A stretch of DNA of 64,000 nt. Source: Eledone cirrhosa (lineage: Eukaryota). The notes beneath the pieces were generated by a model. It searched no databases and was not told the DNA's origin. It saw nothing but the letters and a program-made list of their open reading frames with translations. Location: NCBI GenBank assembly GCA_964016885.1, contig OZ024746.1, positions 27,466,001 through 27,530,000 of the forward strand. Direction: 5' to 3'. Positions 16,148-30,006 of the stretch are shown here, piece by piece. The position numbers were made by a program, and so were the translations under genes. Positions within the stretch are counted from its first letter, which is position 1; each line of letters opens with the position of its first letter.

Positions 16148-16347
16148 NNNNNNNNNNNNNNNNNNNNNNNNNNNNNNNNNNNNNNNNNNNNNNNNNNNNN
16201 NNNNNNNNNNNNNNNNNNNNNNNNNNNNNNNNNNNNNNNNNNNNNNNNNNNNNNNNNNNNNNNNNNNNNNNNNNNNNNNNNNNNNNNNNNNNNNNNNNNN
16301 NNNNNNNNNNNNNNNNNNNNNNNNNNNNNNNNNNNNNNNNNNNNNNN
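16148..16347. other. Assembly gap (200 N)
   Basis: Run of Ns adjoining a TA repeat. Confidence 1.
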
Positions 16348-16426
16348 TAGACTGAATACAATTTCTGGTTCAAACGTTTTACCATTATTACATAGAGGGT
16401 TTGAAGCATTATACCATTATTACATA

Positions 16427-16752
16427 CATGCTTTGAAGCATAGAGTTACGTCTCCTTATGATCTGAGTTCAAATCCCGCCGAGGTTAACTTTGCCTTTCA
16501 TCCTTACGGGGTCGATAAAATAAAGTACCAGTAATGTACTGGTGAATTGCTGGCCTTGTGCCTAAAATAGAAACAATTATTACATAGAGGGTTGGATTAT
16601 GCTTTCCAGCATAGTTACGTCCCTTTACGATCTGAGTTCAATTCCCGCCGAGGTTAACTTTGCCTTTCATCCTTACGGGGTCGATAAAATAAAGCACCAG
16701 TAATGTATTGGGATAATTGCTGGCTTTGTGCCAAAAAGTAGAAACAATTATT
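16427..16752 (+). mobile_element. Two adjacent 5'-truncated copies of the tRNA-derived SINE
   Basis: Each has B box gagttcaa(a/t)tcc, core gcctttcatccttacggggtcgataaaataaag, and end agaaacaattatt. TSD attattacatagagggtt at 16384 and 16576. Confidence 0.85.
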
Positions 16753-17189
16753 ACAGTGACCTATGCTCCGTTGAAATGGCTGGTTTTGTGCCACTATTCA
16801 TGAAAAGTCTTGATTCACTCATCTATTCTCCTCTCATCGTCCATATTGTTTCCCCTACACAGGGCTCACGCATATCCAATTCTCCCAATCCACCCCCCAT
16901 TAAAATTTCATCGTCCCCATATTTTTCATGCAACTGTCATTATGTAGTACATCGATAGGAACCATATCCAGTTCGAGCTCACAGTTTAATAGGGTCTATA
17001 AAGGCCGTGTCTCAACCCTTTCCTACACACTAGATCCCATATTATAAGATCCAAAGCGGGACCTTATGATTGCGAGGTGAATTTCTTAAACATTCGACCA
17101 TACAGCGTCCACTTTACATACAAACAGAACATATCTAAATAAATGGAGAATCATCCGTCTCACCTTGTGCGCTATCTTATAATAATGAA

Positions 17190-17400
17190 ATCGTTGGACA
17201 GATTTTACAGGCAAAACTAACCGGTAGGAGATCCAAGGCTAGACCACGAGCAAGATGGTTGTATAATATCCATGTGCTCGGCTGGGCTCGCTTGGGGATC
17301 CATCCGGATCAATCGGAGACGGTTGCTTTTGATATGACCCACTGGAAAGAGTGTTTGAGGACAAGTCTTCCTCCCACCTCACCTCGCTCATGACCTTCTT
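17190..17400 (+). mobile_element. Short RTE (Rex3/Expander-like) 3' end fragment
   Basis: Reads ILQAKLTGRRSKARPRARWLYNIHVLGWARLGI, an RTE C-terminal GRR..GRPR.RW-type motif. Confidence 0.55.
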
Positions 17401-17649
17401 ATGAATAAGTTTGACGAGTTCTATCCACCCGGAGCAACTGATTTAAGACACCAATAACTCGCTTTTGCCCCTTCTCCTTGTCAGTTCCAAATATCTCTGC
17501 CACAGAAAAGCCAGGAGCTAGGCTTCCATTGTCAGAAGCTATTTGAGACACAATCCTTTTGGGGCATTTTAGTAGAGTAAATTCGCATGGCCTACACCTC
17601 TCCCGGCAATAATAATCTCAGGAGATACATACATATATACATTCATACA

Positions 17650-18766
17650 TGAGAGGATTGCTGCGTCTTCACAGACGATTACTGTCTCTTATTGATTCTT
17701 CGTTATCATTCCATCTGCGTTCGTGACTTCGTAGATGACTTCGTAGGTCAGCTGTAAATCTGCATGGTTTACGACACAGGTTACAGAAGTGAGTTGTGCT
17801 ATCCACAGGACCGGTGGTGTCATCCTGTGGGACACAACCTTTATGTACTACCATGTGTTTTTTTAGTCCGGAACTAGTTCTACATACTTTGTTGCATATC
17901 GCGCACGTTGTTTCGCCAGGTCTTTGTTGAGTGGTGTTGCAGGTGGTTATCCTTTCATGTGACTTCAGGTGATTAACATAACCAGCCTTTGAGGGGAGTA
18001 CACACTGACAGAAATTGCATATTTATGTTCTAGACGACATTCCTAAAAAATTTTGCAACTGCCCTTTATGCGCTTTCTCCACTCAGCCCTATTTAGTGCT
18101 ATTTCCTCCCAGTCGTCTATATCAAATGCCAGCTCTTTGAGTTTGTTCTTGATGCTGTCCCTGAACCTCATTTTCAGTTTGAGTTGAGGCCTTTTTCTAA
18201 GATGGAGCTCACCGTAAAACAGTTGCTTCGGGATCCTGCTTTCTTTCATGCGGACGAAATGTCCCGTTCAGCGCATTTGAGAAGATGTTACTTGGGACTT
18301 AATGCTTGGACAATCTGCTTTGATAAGGACATGGATGTTAGGAGTTCTGTCTTGCCACTTGATGTTGAATATGCACCTTAAACATTTCTGTTGAAAACGC
18401 TCAACCAATTTGGTGTGTTTGCGGAATAACGTCCAGGTTTCGGCAGAGTATAAAAGAGCAGACAGAACACATGATCTATACACACACATTATTGATAATG
18501 TTGCGACTTGCCCAAACTCTCTTTTCCAATTTTCTGAAGGCAACAGAGGCCTTCTTGTTGCGCAGACGTATTTCAGCATCCAAGGAGCCATCATTTGAGA
18601 GTGTGTTACCCAAGTAGACAAATTTATCTACTACTCTCAGCCTGGTTCCATCAACCATGATATTGGGTTCAGTATATGGTTCTCCAGGAGCAGGGGTAAA
18701 CATTACTTTGGTCTTTTTAAGATTGATTGTAAGCCGAAATTCTGTACACGAGGATGAGAAACGGCC
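17650..18766 (-). mobile_element. 3' portion of an RTE/BovB-like LINE with three C-terminal C2H2 zinc fingers
   Basis: INLKKTKVM, FVYLGNTLS, LLYSAETWT, RIPKQLFYGEL. Minus-strand translation then gives CNFC..HLKSH, CAIC..HMVVH and CNLC..HLRSH. Confidence 0.85.
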
Positions 18767-18792
18767 CATACACACATACATACATACATACA

Positions 18793-18828
<36 letters not shown>

Positions 18829-18950
18829 CGTACGTACGTCCCCGAACTTATCGATTAGAGCAATTCGAACGGGTGCCGCCATAAACATAATGCTTCCGCC
18901 GCTCCACTCATTCTGTCTGATTTATATTTTCTTGCAAAATTATCATTATT

Positions 18951-19136
18951 TGGATTGGCAGTATCGGTAGAGGGTCGGACGCAATGCTTTGACGCATAGA
19001 GTTACGGCCCTTGCCATTCTGAGTTCAAATCCCGCCGAGGTTAACTTTGCCTTTCATCCTTACGGGGTCGATAAAATAAAGTACCAGTAATGCACTGAGT
19101 AATTGCTGGCCTTGTGCCAAAAGTAGAAACAATTAT
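18951..19136 (+). mobile_element. tRNA-derived SINE, near full length
   Basis: A-box-like tggcagtatcgg, B box gagttcaaatcc, conserved core, end agaaaca(att). Confidence 0.88.
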
Positions 19137-19141
19137 TTCTT

Positions 19142-19178
<37 letters not shown>

Positions 19179-19180
19179 TA

Positions 19181-19387
19181 GGAAAAAGTATGAGACCCCG
19201 ACGGCAGAGTTCAAGCCGTTTCGACGGCTATTTCTGGACTCAGAACGAGTCCAGAAATAGCCGTCGAAACGGCTTGAGGTCTGCCGTCGGGGTCATACTT
19301 TTTCCTATTTCCCACTCTACTACTCTAAGTATTGAGTTCTCTGGTGCGTTATGGTCCATCTGGTTTCTTACCACAATTCCTTTGTTA
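19181..19387 (+). mobile_element. Fold-back element, family X
   Basis: Hairpin centred on ctggactc agaac gagtccag, with the same tail as 15938-16141. TA-rich flanks. Confidence 0.75.
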
Positions 19388-20529
19388 TATAATATTATAT
19401 ATACTTACTTATTAAATATATATATATATTATATACTTACTAACTTTTAACAAATTGGATGATGTACTGAGAAACTTTCTCAACTTCTTTTTAACTTTTA
19501 ACATGTACTAAGAAAGTTTCCTAACAAAGCCTCAACGCCACCACCACTACCCCCCGGCGTCACCACCATCACCACCCTTATTAGGAACGAATTCAATTTC
19601 GAAGAAGAAAAAAAAAACATGTTTAAATAAGCCAGGAAGGAAATCTTTTCCTCTCAGTTAGTATCATGGAACTGGTGTCGCTAACTAAAATCAAACTTCA
19701 GCTAGATGAGTCATCGTTTCGCTGGAGAAGCATAGTTATTTGTTTATCGACAGCTACATGAACTTACTAAATAAAATATATGGCATTTCTAACTATGTAT
19801 GGCTTGAAAAACCAATACTTTATGTAAAGCATTTGTGCAACATGAATGGATAGAAAGTGCATGAAGAAAGTAGCGAGGGATTTATATGTTATTACTACAT
19901 ATAAATTAAGCTAGCTTTTTATATGAGATTTTTACAAATAAAGTAGAAATTTCTTATTAGAAAATTACACACAAAGCGACACACACATATATAGAAACCG
20001 CAATCTCTTTGAAAAACATATAGTAATACACACTCACTCACACACACACGTGTATGTGTATGTGTATGTGTGTTAATATATATGTATGTGTATGTACATA
20101 CACACACCCATATGTTTGTTTTGTTAGGCGTGTTCGTCCATGTATTGTTAAGCTTTACGTATTCTCTATATGACAAGCATCAAGAACAATAAAGAGAGGC
20201 ACAACAATAAAACTGTAGGCAAATATCCAATCTGTTGTCGGATTTATTATATTCTATATTTGTTCGAAATTACTTCACTTATGTCGACAATAGTGAAGGC
20301 GTGCGACCTAGTGCTTAAGGTCTTAAGGCCGCGAGTTCGATTCCTGTACTGGGTGGATTTCATTTTGCTCTAGTCAATGCAGTTGAAAATGAGTACCAGT
20401 AGCAGTCAAGGGTTAAACTTGCGATACACTGGTAACCTGTCCAGGCATGTGTTGGACACTCGGTCATTTTAATGTTAATGAAATCGATATATGCTCCATG
20501 TTGATCGGCCTGTGAAAATTGACATAGGC

Positions 20530-20880
20530 ATACATGAGTGGTTGAGGAATTCGCCTCGCAATCATGAAGTCGCTGGTTCAATCTAACTATGTGGCATCTT
20601 CAGCAAGTATCTTTACAATAGCCTCAGATAGCTCCAAGCACTGAAGGTGAAATTGGGTTGATGGAAATTGTGAGAAAGTCTGTCTGATGGCCTGTGCCTG
20701 TAATTCAAAGCTCCAGCCTTGACATATACTGTGTTGCGATGATTCAGATATGAATTGTGTTATGGGTACCTATATCTGTGGGACACCCACCGCTTAGACT
20801 TTAATTGATATGTTAAACATTATCATTATGTTGCTGGATCAACTGAGTGCTCATAGTGTACACCGACAGAGGATTGAACA
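20530..20880 (+). mobile_element. Second (CORE-like) tRNA-derived SINE family, decayed
   Basis: gtggtt..ggttcaatc..ggcatcttcagcaagtatctt head and core. Related decayed pieces near 3430-3580 (+), 25890-26585 (-) and 35900-36200 (-). Confidence 0.55.
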
Positions 20881-20979
20881 CTTTAATTATTTCGAGGAGT
20901 GCGAAGGATATCTCCAGTTATATTTAGTTCTTCTTCTTCTTCTTCTTCTTCTTCTTCTTCTTCTTCTTCTTCTTCTTTG

Positions 20980-21055
20980 TATTCGTGATGGTACACTTTC
21001 GGTCATTACCCAAGATTCATGACCATAGGTAAGTGTTGGTACAAATATTTTCTTA
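20980..21055 (-). mobile_element. Tiny RTE fragment
   Basis: IFVPTLTYGHESWVMTE motif next to (TTC)n. Confidence 0.55.
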
Positions 21056-21085
21056 CGACCCAGTATTGAAAGTGGTGCATTATTT

Positions 21086-21272
21086 GGCGCGGTGGATTGG
21101 CAGTATCGGTCTGACGCCATGCTTTGCAGCAAAGAGTTATGGCCCTTTATGGTCTGAGTTCAAATCCCGTCGCGGTTAACTTTGCCTTTCATCCTTACAA
21201 GGTCGATAAAATAAAGCACCAGTAATACACTGGGATAATTGCTGACCTTGTGCCAAAAGTAGAAACAATTAT
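21086..21272 (+). mobile_element. tRNA-derived SINE copy
   Basis: Same A/B boxes, core and tail; attattt on both sides. Confidence 0.85.
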
Positions 21273-22112
21273 TTATTGCACCAGCTCATGAAATTCTTGC
21301 ATATAATTCAGTCTGCTGCCTTCTGTCGCTCGTTAAACGAATATTTTGGTTTTATATTATCGAATGCTTTTTTACTGATTAGGGTACCGCACGAGACCGT
21401 TTCGTAGTCTTCGTGACTCTTCAATCAACTATATAAGTGGAATCGTTGGGGTATTGATATTTGTTTCATTCATTGCGTTCCATATCAAACCTTGACGAGG
21501 AGTTTAATTTAAGGTTTCATCCTTTCGCGATCGAGAAATATAGTACTTGTCTTTGGTGGGTGGATTCGCAGAACTATTAGAGTCCCGGAGTGGATGCTTT
21601 GTGTTATCCGATCCAGCTTTGTGGTTTCAGAGTTCAAATCCCACGACATTCTGCCAGTATATTTTCAGCAATAGAAACATCATTGGAAACATTGTTTCCT
21701 TGGTCCCATTTCTTGATCCCCCCCCCCCACCCCACCCCCACACACACATATATATATTAGGTTGATGAAGTTGTTTATATTTTTGATAGGACAGCAGAAT
21801 TTTTGATTAACGTATGCAAAGAATGCAAATATCTAGCTTTGAAATTACGAAATTATTATGGAAGAAAAAAAAAAAGAAAAAAAAAGAAATGAAAGAAAGA
21901 AAGAGAGACAAAAGGAAAGAAGAGTTGCGGAAATGACGACGGAAAGGGAGGTAAAAAGAGATTAGAAGAGAGAGATAATGACAAGAAGAATAGAGGAAAG
22001 AAAGAAAGGTTGAGAAATATCCTCGAGGTTATCGAAGTCAATTTCTTCAAAATAATGGAATTGTAACATCATCAGAGTTATCATCATGATTATCAACATG
22101 ATAAACCTTCTT

Positions 22113-22152
<40 letters not shown>

Positions 22153-22173
22153 CCCCCCCTCTCCTCCTCATCC

Positions 22174-22218
<45 letters not shown>

Positions 22219-24531
22219 GTAGCAACAAAAGCAGCAACAGCAGCTTAAAAATGTTCATAATTACTGCCACCACCACCACCACCACCACCACCACCACCAT
22301 AACAACAGCAACAACAATCATCATCACTTACAGCGTAATCATAATCATCATAAGCATCATTATCAACATCATCATCGAAATCATCATCATTACCATCATC
22401 ACTCTTTTCATCACCACAAGCATAACTTATCCTCATTATCTTCGTCACCACTTCCTCCTTCATCCCCATTATCATCATTTTTATCAGCATTATCACAACC
22501 ATGATCATCATCAACAACACAAAAAATTGTAAAGAAAAAATTCTAGTGACAACAGCAAAAGCAACATTATAAATGCAGCAACAACAACAATAAAAAAAGC
22601 AACGCCATAACTACAACATAAACTACAACATAACTAGAACATAATCAAGAATAACAACACCATCAACAACAGACAAGTTTTATTTCAATCAAAATCTGCT
22701 CTTTTGTGAAGCGGGTGGTTTTTTTGTTGTGTGTCTTTTATTTTTATTGTTATTCAATATAGTAATTAAAAGAAGCGTCCCTTGGAAATACCATTAGAAT
22801 TTTGTCGATAAGAGCACAGTTGATTTCACATACAGATGCAAGCAATTCCGATAGGATTATGTGATGCGGACTAATGAAAATATTAAGGTAACGGTCCTTT
22901 ATTACAGAAACGAGAGAACAAAGAAAAGAAATACGTAAATGATAATAAAAGTGAAATAATAATGTATAATAAAAGTGAAAGTACAAAATGTATTCTAATG
23001 CCCAAACTATGAAGACACGAAATTCGCTAATTCAAACCAATTGTATTTTTCGCAACATGAAATCGATAATGTAACTAGTGGGTCTGAGGAGGATATCCAT
23101 CCCAAAACCGTTAGATCGATAACGTGAATAATGCAACGACATGATCGGAATTATTTCTTTATTTCTTTACCCACTCCACCCAATTCCCTCCTGCCCCGAC
23201 AGCACGTACAAACACACGATACAAAATCGATATAGCAAACAACTAGATCAATTCTCCAACGTCACACATCTGAACTAATAATTTAAACCAGCAATAATTC
23301 CCACTTTGTTTCGACGTGAGGACGATGCTAACATTACTAATACTAAAAAGAAATAAGGAACGAACGAAAGAAAGAAAAAGAAAAAGAAATACATAAAGAA
23401 AGAAAAAGAGAAAGAGAAAAATAAACAAAAAAGAGAGAGAAAGAAAGAAAGATGGTGAGAAGCTCATAACTACTGAAAGCGGTTGAGGTTTGATTAATGA
23501 ATATACATTAAAGTTTGGCAGTTAAACGCGCAGTAATTCAATGTAGTATATCAACATGAATTCTATTACTGATTTTCATTATTTTATTTATGTATTGTGC
23601 TAGTGAACATTATAATGAGTATAAAACTTTATCTCACTTAAGCGTCGATATAAACCGCCTCCATCTAAAACCATCAAAACTACTTTCGCAATTAACCAAA
23701 CACTACAACTAGCAACATTAAGAAGAGAAATGGCAACGATGTCATCACAATCAGTGATAGAAATATATCATTATCCCCCACCACACAACACTATCACGCT
23801 CGGCTCATCACCAACAACGTCATCACAATTACAGCTCTACTATGGTCGTCTCTATCATCACAACCAACACCAACACCAACATCAACATTATATGCACAAC
23901 ACATCTCATAAAGATCCATCTCATTAGATTTTATATCAACTGCTGACTGTTCTTCACAGTGTTTAATTATCTCCACAGAACAGAATCGATTAACGAAGCT
24001 ATATTTTTTTTGCACTTGGTAGAATAGAACGCTAATTGTGTGGAAACGTTTGGTGTAGTTGGAAGGTCTGACCCGCACATATTACTGGAAATTTGTCGCT
24101 CATCTCAGTTGAAACGAATATTACTTCCACGTTTAAACTTCCATGTTTAAACTATAAATTAATAAGACAATAATTATTGCAATTGCATTTTAAACAAAAG
24201 CCAGCAATTGATAGCGGTCAGATTAAAAGTCTTGATATTTGTTCTGATCCTCTGCGCTTTAAGTTCAAATACCAGCGAAGTCAAATTTGCATTTTATTTT
24301 TAGTAATTGACAAATAAAGTAATTGTCCAATGGCGGTGAATTGGCGAAACTGTTAAGAAGTCGGAAGGAATGGCTTGCTGTATTTGACTTGCCTTACTAC
24401 AATCCGAGTTCAAATCTGACCAGTGGTTGCGATAAGCAGATGGTATATAGTAATACAAACCGATGGAATCACATTGTTTCTTTGGTCCGATCCAAAGATC
24501 GGCTTTATACAGGAAGGAATATATCTATATA

Positions 24532-24631
24532 CAGGGTGTCCTCAAAAGATGTATACACACTTTGATTACCTGTACAGGTAATGTTTATTAGAAAGCACAT
24601 CGTTTGTGTATACATTTTTTGGAGACATCCA

Positions 24632-24632
<1 letters not shown>
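24532..24632. mobile_element. Short Tc1/mariner-like MITE
   Basis: TA then cagggtgtcctcaaaagatgtatacac ... gtgtatacattttttggagacatcc, an imperfect ~27-bp TIR. Confidence 0.55.
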
Positions 24633-24684
<52 letters not shown>

Positions 24685-24693
24685 GATCGATCG

Positions 24694-24735
<42 letters not shown>

Positions 24736-24877
24736 ATATGTATATATCCGCATCAAGACAGCAACCTAAATGAAATTAAATGGCAGCAAAGCAATCGGAA
24801 ATGGAAGTTAGATCGCACGCTCAGCTTTTCACGAATTAAAACTTTACGTTACGCTACTTGCCACTTACAATGCCATG

Positions 24878-24936
<59 letters not shown>

Positions 24937-25442
24937 GTAAACAATGTACTTTCCATGTCAGTCAAGTATGATGTTGCCTATTGCAGTTTTACAACTTTTA
25001 AGTGGTACAACTTTGGATGACATTAAGTCGAACATGTTTAAACAAACAGCAGTGATTTCTGCTGACATTCTCGCGTGTCTTTAAATGCTGAAATTGATTT
25101 ACCAGTAGTTGCAGTAATATTCAGATCTAACTCCGGAACCGACCATCAAATACGAAATGAAGAAGAACAAGATAATTAACATCTTGATGGAATGAAAAGT
25201 TCAATGTTTGTTACAGAGAAAAACAAAAAGGCACTTTCTCTCAGCAGATCAAATGTTAATACTTTAAAATGGTTACTTACATGCCTTGTTTGCATGCCAG
25301 TCATTATGGGACAGGTGTTTGTTTTATATGTTGTTCATTAAATGCTGTCTTTCTTTTCGTGTCTGCACACAGTTTCATTGTGGAGGTTTGATTGGGGCTA
25401 CAATGTGAATTCTTGTCTTGGCAACTTCACATAGTGAGTTCC

Positions 25443-25483
<41 letters not shown>

Positions 25484-25745
25484 TAGGGTGGTATGATGGA
25501 GAAATTTATCTCAGTGATTGATTGGTATTTGTTTTATCGATCCCAATATAAAGAATAGCAAAGTTGGTCTCAGCGAGATTTGAACTCAGAGTACAGAGAA
25601 CTAGAAAGAATTTCGTAAAGCATTCTATTGACGACCTATCACCCCTTATATGCATTAAATACCATTAATATTGCATTGGTTGTTATTGTTGTCGCTTTCT
25701 AGCATCAAGTCAAACACTGATATGGTAGATCAATAGTAAGACACA

Positions 25746-25894
25746 CTAATGGTATAATAGACCAGTAGTATAACAGACCAGTGGTGTAATATAGTAGTGG
25801 TATAACAGACCAATGGTATAACAAACTAATGGTATAACAGACCAGTGGTATATTAGACCAATAGTATAACGGGCCAATAGTATAGTAGACTAAT
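25746..25894. repeat. 16-bp degenerate minisatellite, ~9 copies
   Basis: Consensus close to cagtggtataacagac. Confidence 0.8.
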
Positions 25895-27469
25895 GAACAA
25901 TGGCACTCCAGCCATGGTTACCTCGAACCTTCTCTTTACACAAACGTTTGTTTAACGGATCGAAACTTCTAGCCCCGAACACATAATGCAACGTGTTACT
26001 TTTTATTAGAACATGAAGGACCCTCCACCGGCATCGACGATGAGCATTTAGTTTTTCGGTCAACTGAATGATTACCTCATGAATTAACATGTCCGCTGTT
26101 GAGTATTCCACAGGCGCATGTATCCTTGATATAATTCTCAAGCTAAACCAGCGTGATAAATTATGTGACAAGATGCTGGACTTTTAAATTACAAATACAC
26201 TACATCGTAATGGGCTTCTACACACTTTCTGTCTACCCAAGTTCAATTACAACGCATTGAGTGACCTGAAGTTATAATAATGGATGTAAAACAGGAATGA
26301 TGATATATATATATATATATGAAGTACAGATATCAGAAAGACAAGGGTAATGCCAAGTGGTAAAGCATGTAGTGCATTGAAAAGAACAGAAAGATAACAG
26401 AAAAGTGTAGTATATGTTCAAATACACTACATCGAAATGGGCTTCTACACACTTTCTGTCTACCCAAGTTCAATTACAACTCATTGAGTGCCCTGAAGTT
26501 ATAATATAGACACTTGTCCAAGATTCTGTGCAGTGGAATTGAATCATGATTGCGTAACGAGCTAGATAACCACTTAGCCATGCCTACCTCTAATCGCTCT
26601 AATATGGAATAACACAAAACTGTATATAAAAAGCAGTAAATTGATATTTATATCAATATTAATGTTCGAATTTTCTTGTGTATGTTTAAGTGTATATTTC
26701 TTGAATATATTTCAGATACAATTACCGATGGTTGTTTTGTTGCTATTTATAACATATCAAGTGACTGTTAGGTAACGTTTTAACCCTACAGCTATGCTTG
26801 CCTCCACTTGGTGGCCCTTTTGCTGTTTTCTTTTATGATACCAGTTTTATATTTTTTCATAATCTTAATTTCTCATATAATATTTTCCTCTACGAAATAT
26901 TCATAAAAGCAAGAGACAATATTTAATCAATCTTGTTGTTGGAGATGATGTTGACATTAAAAAGCTGAAATGGAAATTGTCCGACATCATGTTTATTGAC
27001 TTAGTTTTTGTATAAATCCTGCTGGGGGTCGACTTGTATTTCATGAGTATGGATGGATAAACTAAATAATTACATATAATCTAGTGGACTCTGGCAAAAC
27101 AACTATATCGGTCTTCCTTTTAAACATGAGATATTGTCTACTAAAGAAAAATCAATATTTACTCTTGTAACCTCAATCCATTTTTATACGTTGGCTAGCA
27201 GGAGCCGTGTGTGCTGTTAAAACAGCTAATGGAATCAGTAATTCAAGACTTTACTATAAACTCATCATACAACGCCAACGGTAATCTTCAGTTTCTAGCA
27301 TTTCATGTGATCTCTAACTAAACTCCATTAAAACTTTTAAATCGATCTTTCCAGAAGTTTAAAACCCAACTGAGATGGCTTATTGTATTGTCTTTGGAAC
27401 TAATAGCAACAATCCGGTTTGTATTTATTTATTATCAACTTACCACTTTCCTTACTTCAACTACATGTA

Positions 27470-27712
27470 AGGCTGGCATGATTGGCAGACTCGTTAGAGC
27501 GTCGGACAAAATGCTTCGTGGTATATATTCTTGGCATTTAGGTTCTGATTTTTAAACCTGCCGAGGTCAAATTTGCCTTTAATCCTTCCGGTTCGATAAA
27601 ATATAACACCAGTCACTCTTGGGGTCGATAAAATAAAGTACTAGTCAACTATTGGCGTCAATTTAGTCGACTTCAGCCACATTACAGGATTTGTGTTTAA
27701 ATTTGAAACGGT
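27470..27712 (+). mobile_element. Older related SINE subfamily copy
   Basis: ttggcagactcgttagagcgtcggac head and duplicated ggtcgataaaata core. Other decayed copies near 24220-24420, 25510-25630, 33715-33890 and 53800-53905. Confidence 0.7.
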
Positions 27713-28126
27713 TATTCAAATTGTAGTTGAATTAAATGTCCTAAATAATTTACATGGTGGAAAAGTATACTAGTTTGTGTTGAATAAATCCATTAACAAC
27801 TAATGTTGACGTGTCTTCCCAGCAAAAGGAGGTTATCTGGTTTTCTGTTACCAATTAAAGCGGTCTCACTTGCTCCACATCACGTGGAGAAATACCTACA
27901 GACATCTCGTTTGTTACATATTAACGATTCATATACAATTAAGAACACATTAGAAGGTATGTTATAGCTAATGTATACTTAATAGTACTTTTGAGGAAGT
28001 CACCAGTATTTTCTAATGTCTAATATAAATCTAATATTGAATATAATTAATGTAATCGGCCACCATCATGGTAGCGACATATTAATTCATACCTCTTTAG
28101 TCGAGTAGCTGGCATTTATCTAAGCT

Positions 28127-28316
28127 AATAATTGTTTCTACTTTTGGCACAAGGCCAGTAATTCCACAGTACATTACTGGTACTTTATTTTATCGACCCC
28201 GTAAGGATGAAAGGCAAAGTTAACCTCGGCGGGATTTGAACTCAGAATGGCAAGGGCCGTAACTCTATACGTCAAAGCATGGCGTCCGACCCTCTACCGA
28301 TACTGCCAATACACCG
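28127..28316 (-). mobile_element. tRNA-derived SINE copy, full length
   Basis: Reverse complement of the 18951-19136 type, with the 5' head present. Confidence 0.88.
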
Positions 28317-28455
28317 ATAATGGCTTCTGATTACGGAACAAAGTCAACAATTTTTGGAGAGGGAAAAGTCGATTATATTGTATTTTATTGACCCTGTATG
28401 AATGAAAGGCAGAATTAACCTCGGCGGGATTTGAACTCAGAAAGGTATATGAACG

Positions 28456-28928
<473 letters not shown>

Positions 28929-28987
28929 GGATTAGCAGTATCGATAGAGCATCCGACAACATGCTTTGCGGCATATACCTTTCTGAG

Positions 28988-29026
<39 letters not shown>

Positions 29027-29033
<7 letters not shown>

Positions 29034-29723
29034 GGGAAGAAAGAGGAAAACTGCGTGGTTGCACATGGGTTACCTATTATAAAATTAGTCCTTCATCAGT
29101 GATTTGCCAACCGTCATCGGATCTTTCATCGCATTAAAAATCATATACCTCAGGTTGGTGCGAGCAATAACTAAAATAACCTATTGGGACAAGTGAATCG
29201 CGTAAAGCGAGTGAGACAAGTAAACAACATAGAAGGAAAAGCAAACCGAAGGTAGGAAAAAAGCAAGCAACATGATGGTTATCCGATCAGCATAAACTGG
29301 GTGAATTTCATGAGCGGTCAGAAAACAGACCGTCCGACGTGAATGAGATGTGAGAAAGAAAGAATCCCACTACTAACGAAAGGGAGGAAGTGAGAATGGG
29401 AGAAACAGAGAGTGAGTGAGTGGAAGTGCGAGGAAGAGGTCAGTCGAAAGAAAGTGTAACTGACAGAGGGGGCGAAAGAAGGTGAGAGAAACAGAGAGAA
29501 CGGGGGAGCAGAAAGAGAGAAACAGACAATCGCAGTCGAGGTAAATATGTATAAAAAATATGGGAAGAAAGAGGAAAACTGCGTGGTTGCACATGGGTTA
29601 CATATTATAAAATTAGTCCCTCATCAGTGATTTGCCAACCATCATTGATATTTCATCGCATTAAAAATAATATACCTCAGGTTGGTGCGAGCAATAACTA
29701 AAATAAGCTATTGGGACAAGTGA

Positions 29724-29727
<4 letters not shown>
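29027..29727 (-). mobile_element. 528-bp-period partial tandem (pseudo-LTR-like) between (TA)n tracts
   Basis: 29027-29200 repeats at 29555-29727. Minus strand has CTGATGA(A/G)GGAC but no GAAA half. Confidence 0.6.
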
Positions 29728-29782
<55 letters not shown>

Positions 29783-29956
29783 CTTCATATATATATATAT
29801 GATGATTATGATGATGATAACGACGATGATGACAATGATGATGATGACGATGGTGATAATTATTTACTCACCAGTTCATTCTTGGAGACAGATACAATCA
29901 TATGGAGCATAGTTTTTACACCTGACCCTTTCTTCCCTTTTACACACTCATACATT

Positions 29957-30006
<50 letters not shown>

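Noticed and set aside
21370-21435. Minus-strand TTGAAGA..GAAACGGT hammerhead-like motif
   Set aside because: The core is mutated and stem III is ambiguous; at best an old relic.
21962-22532. Poly-Ile/Met/His ORFs
   Set aside because: Translations of (CAT)n and (CAC)n trinucleotide repeats.
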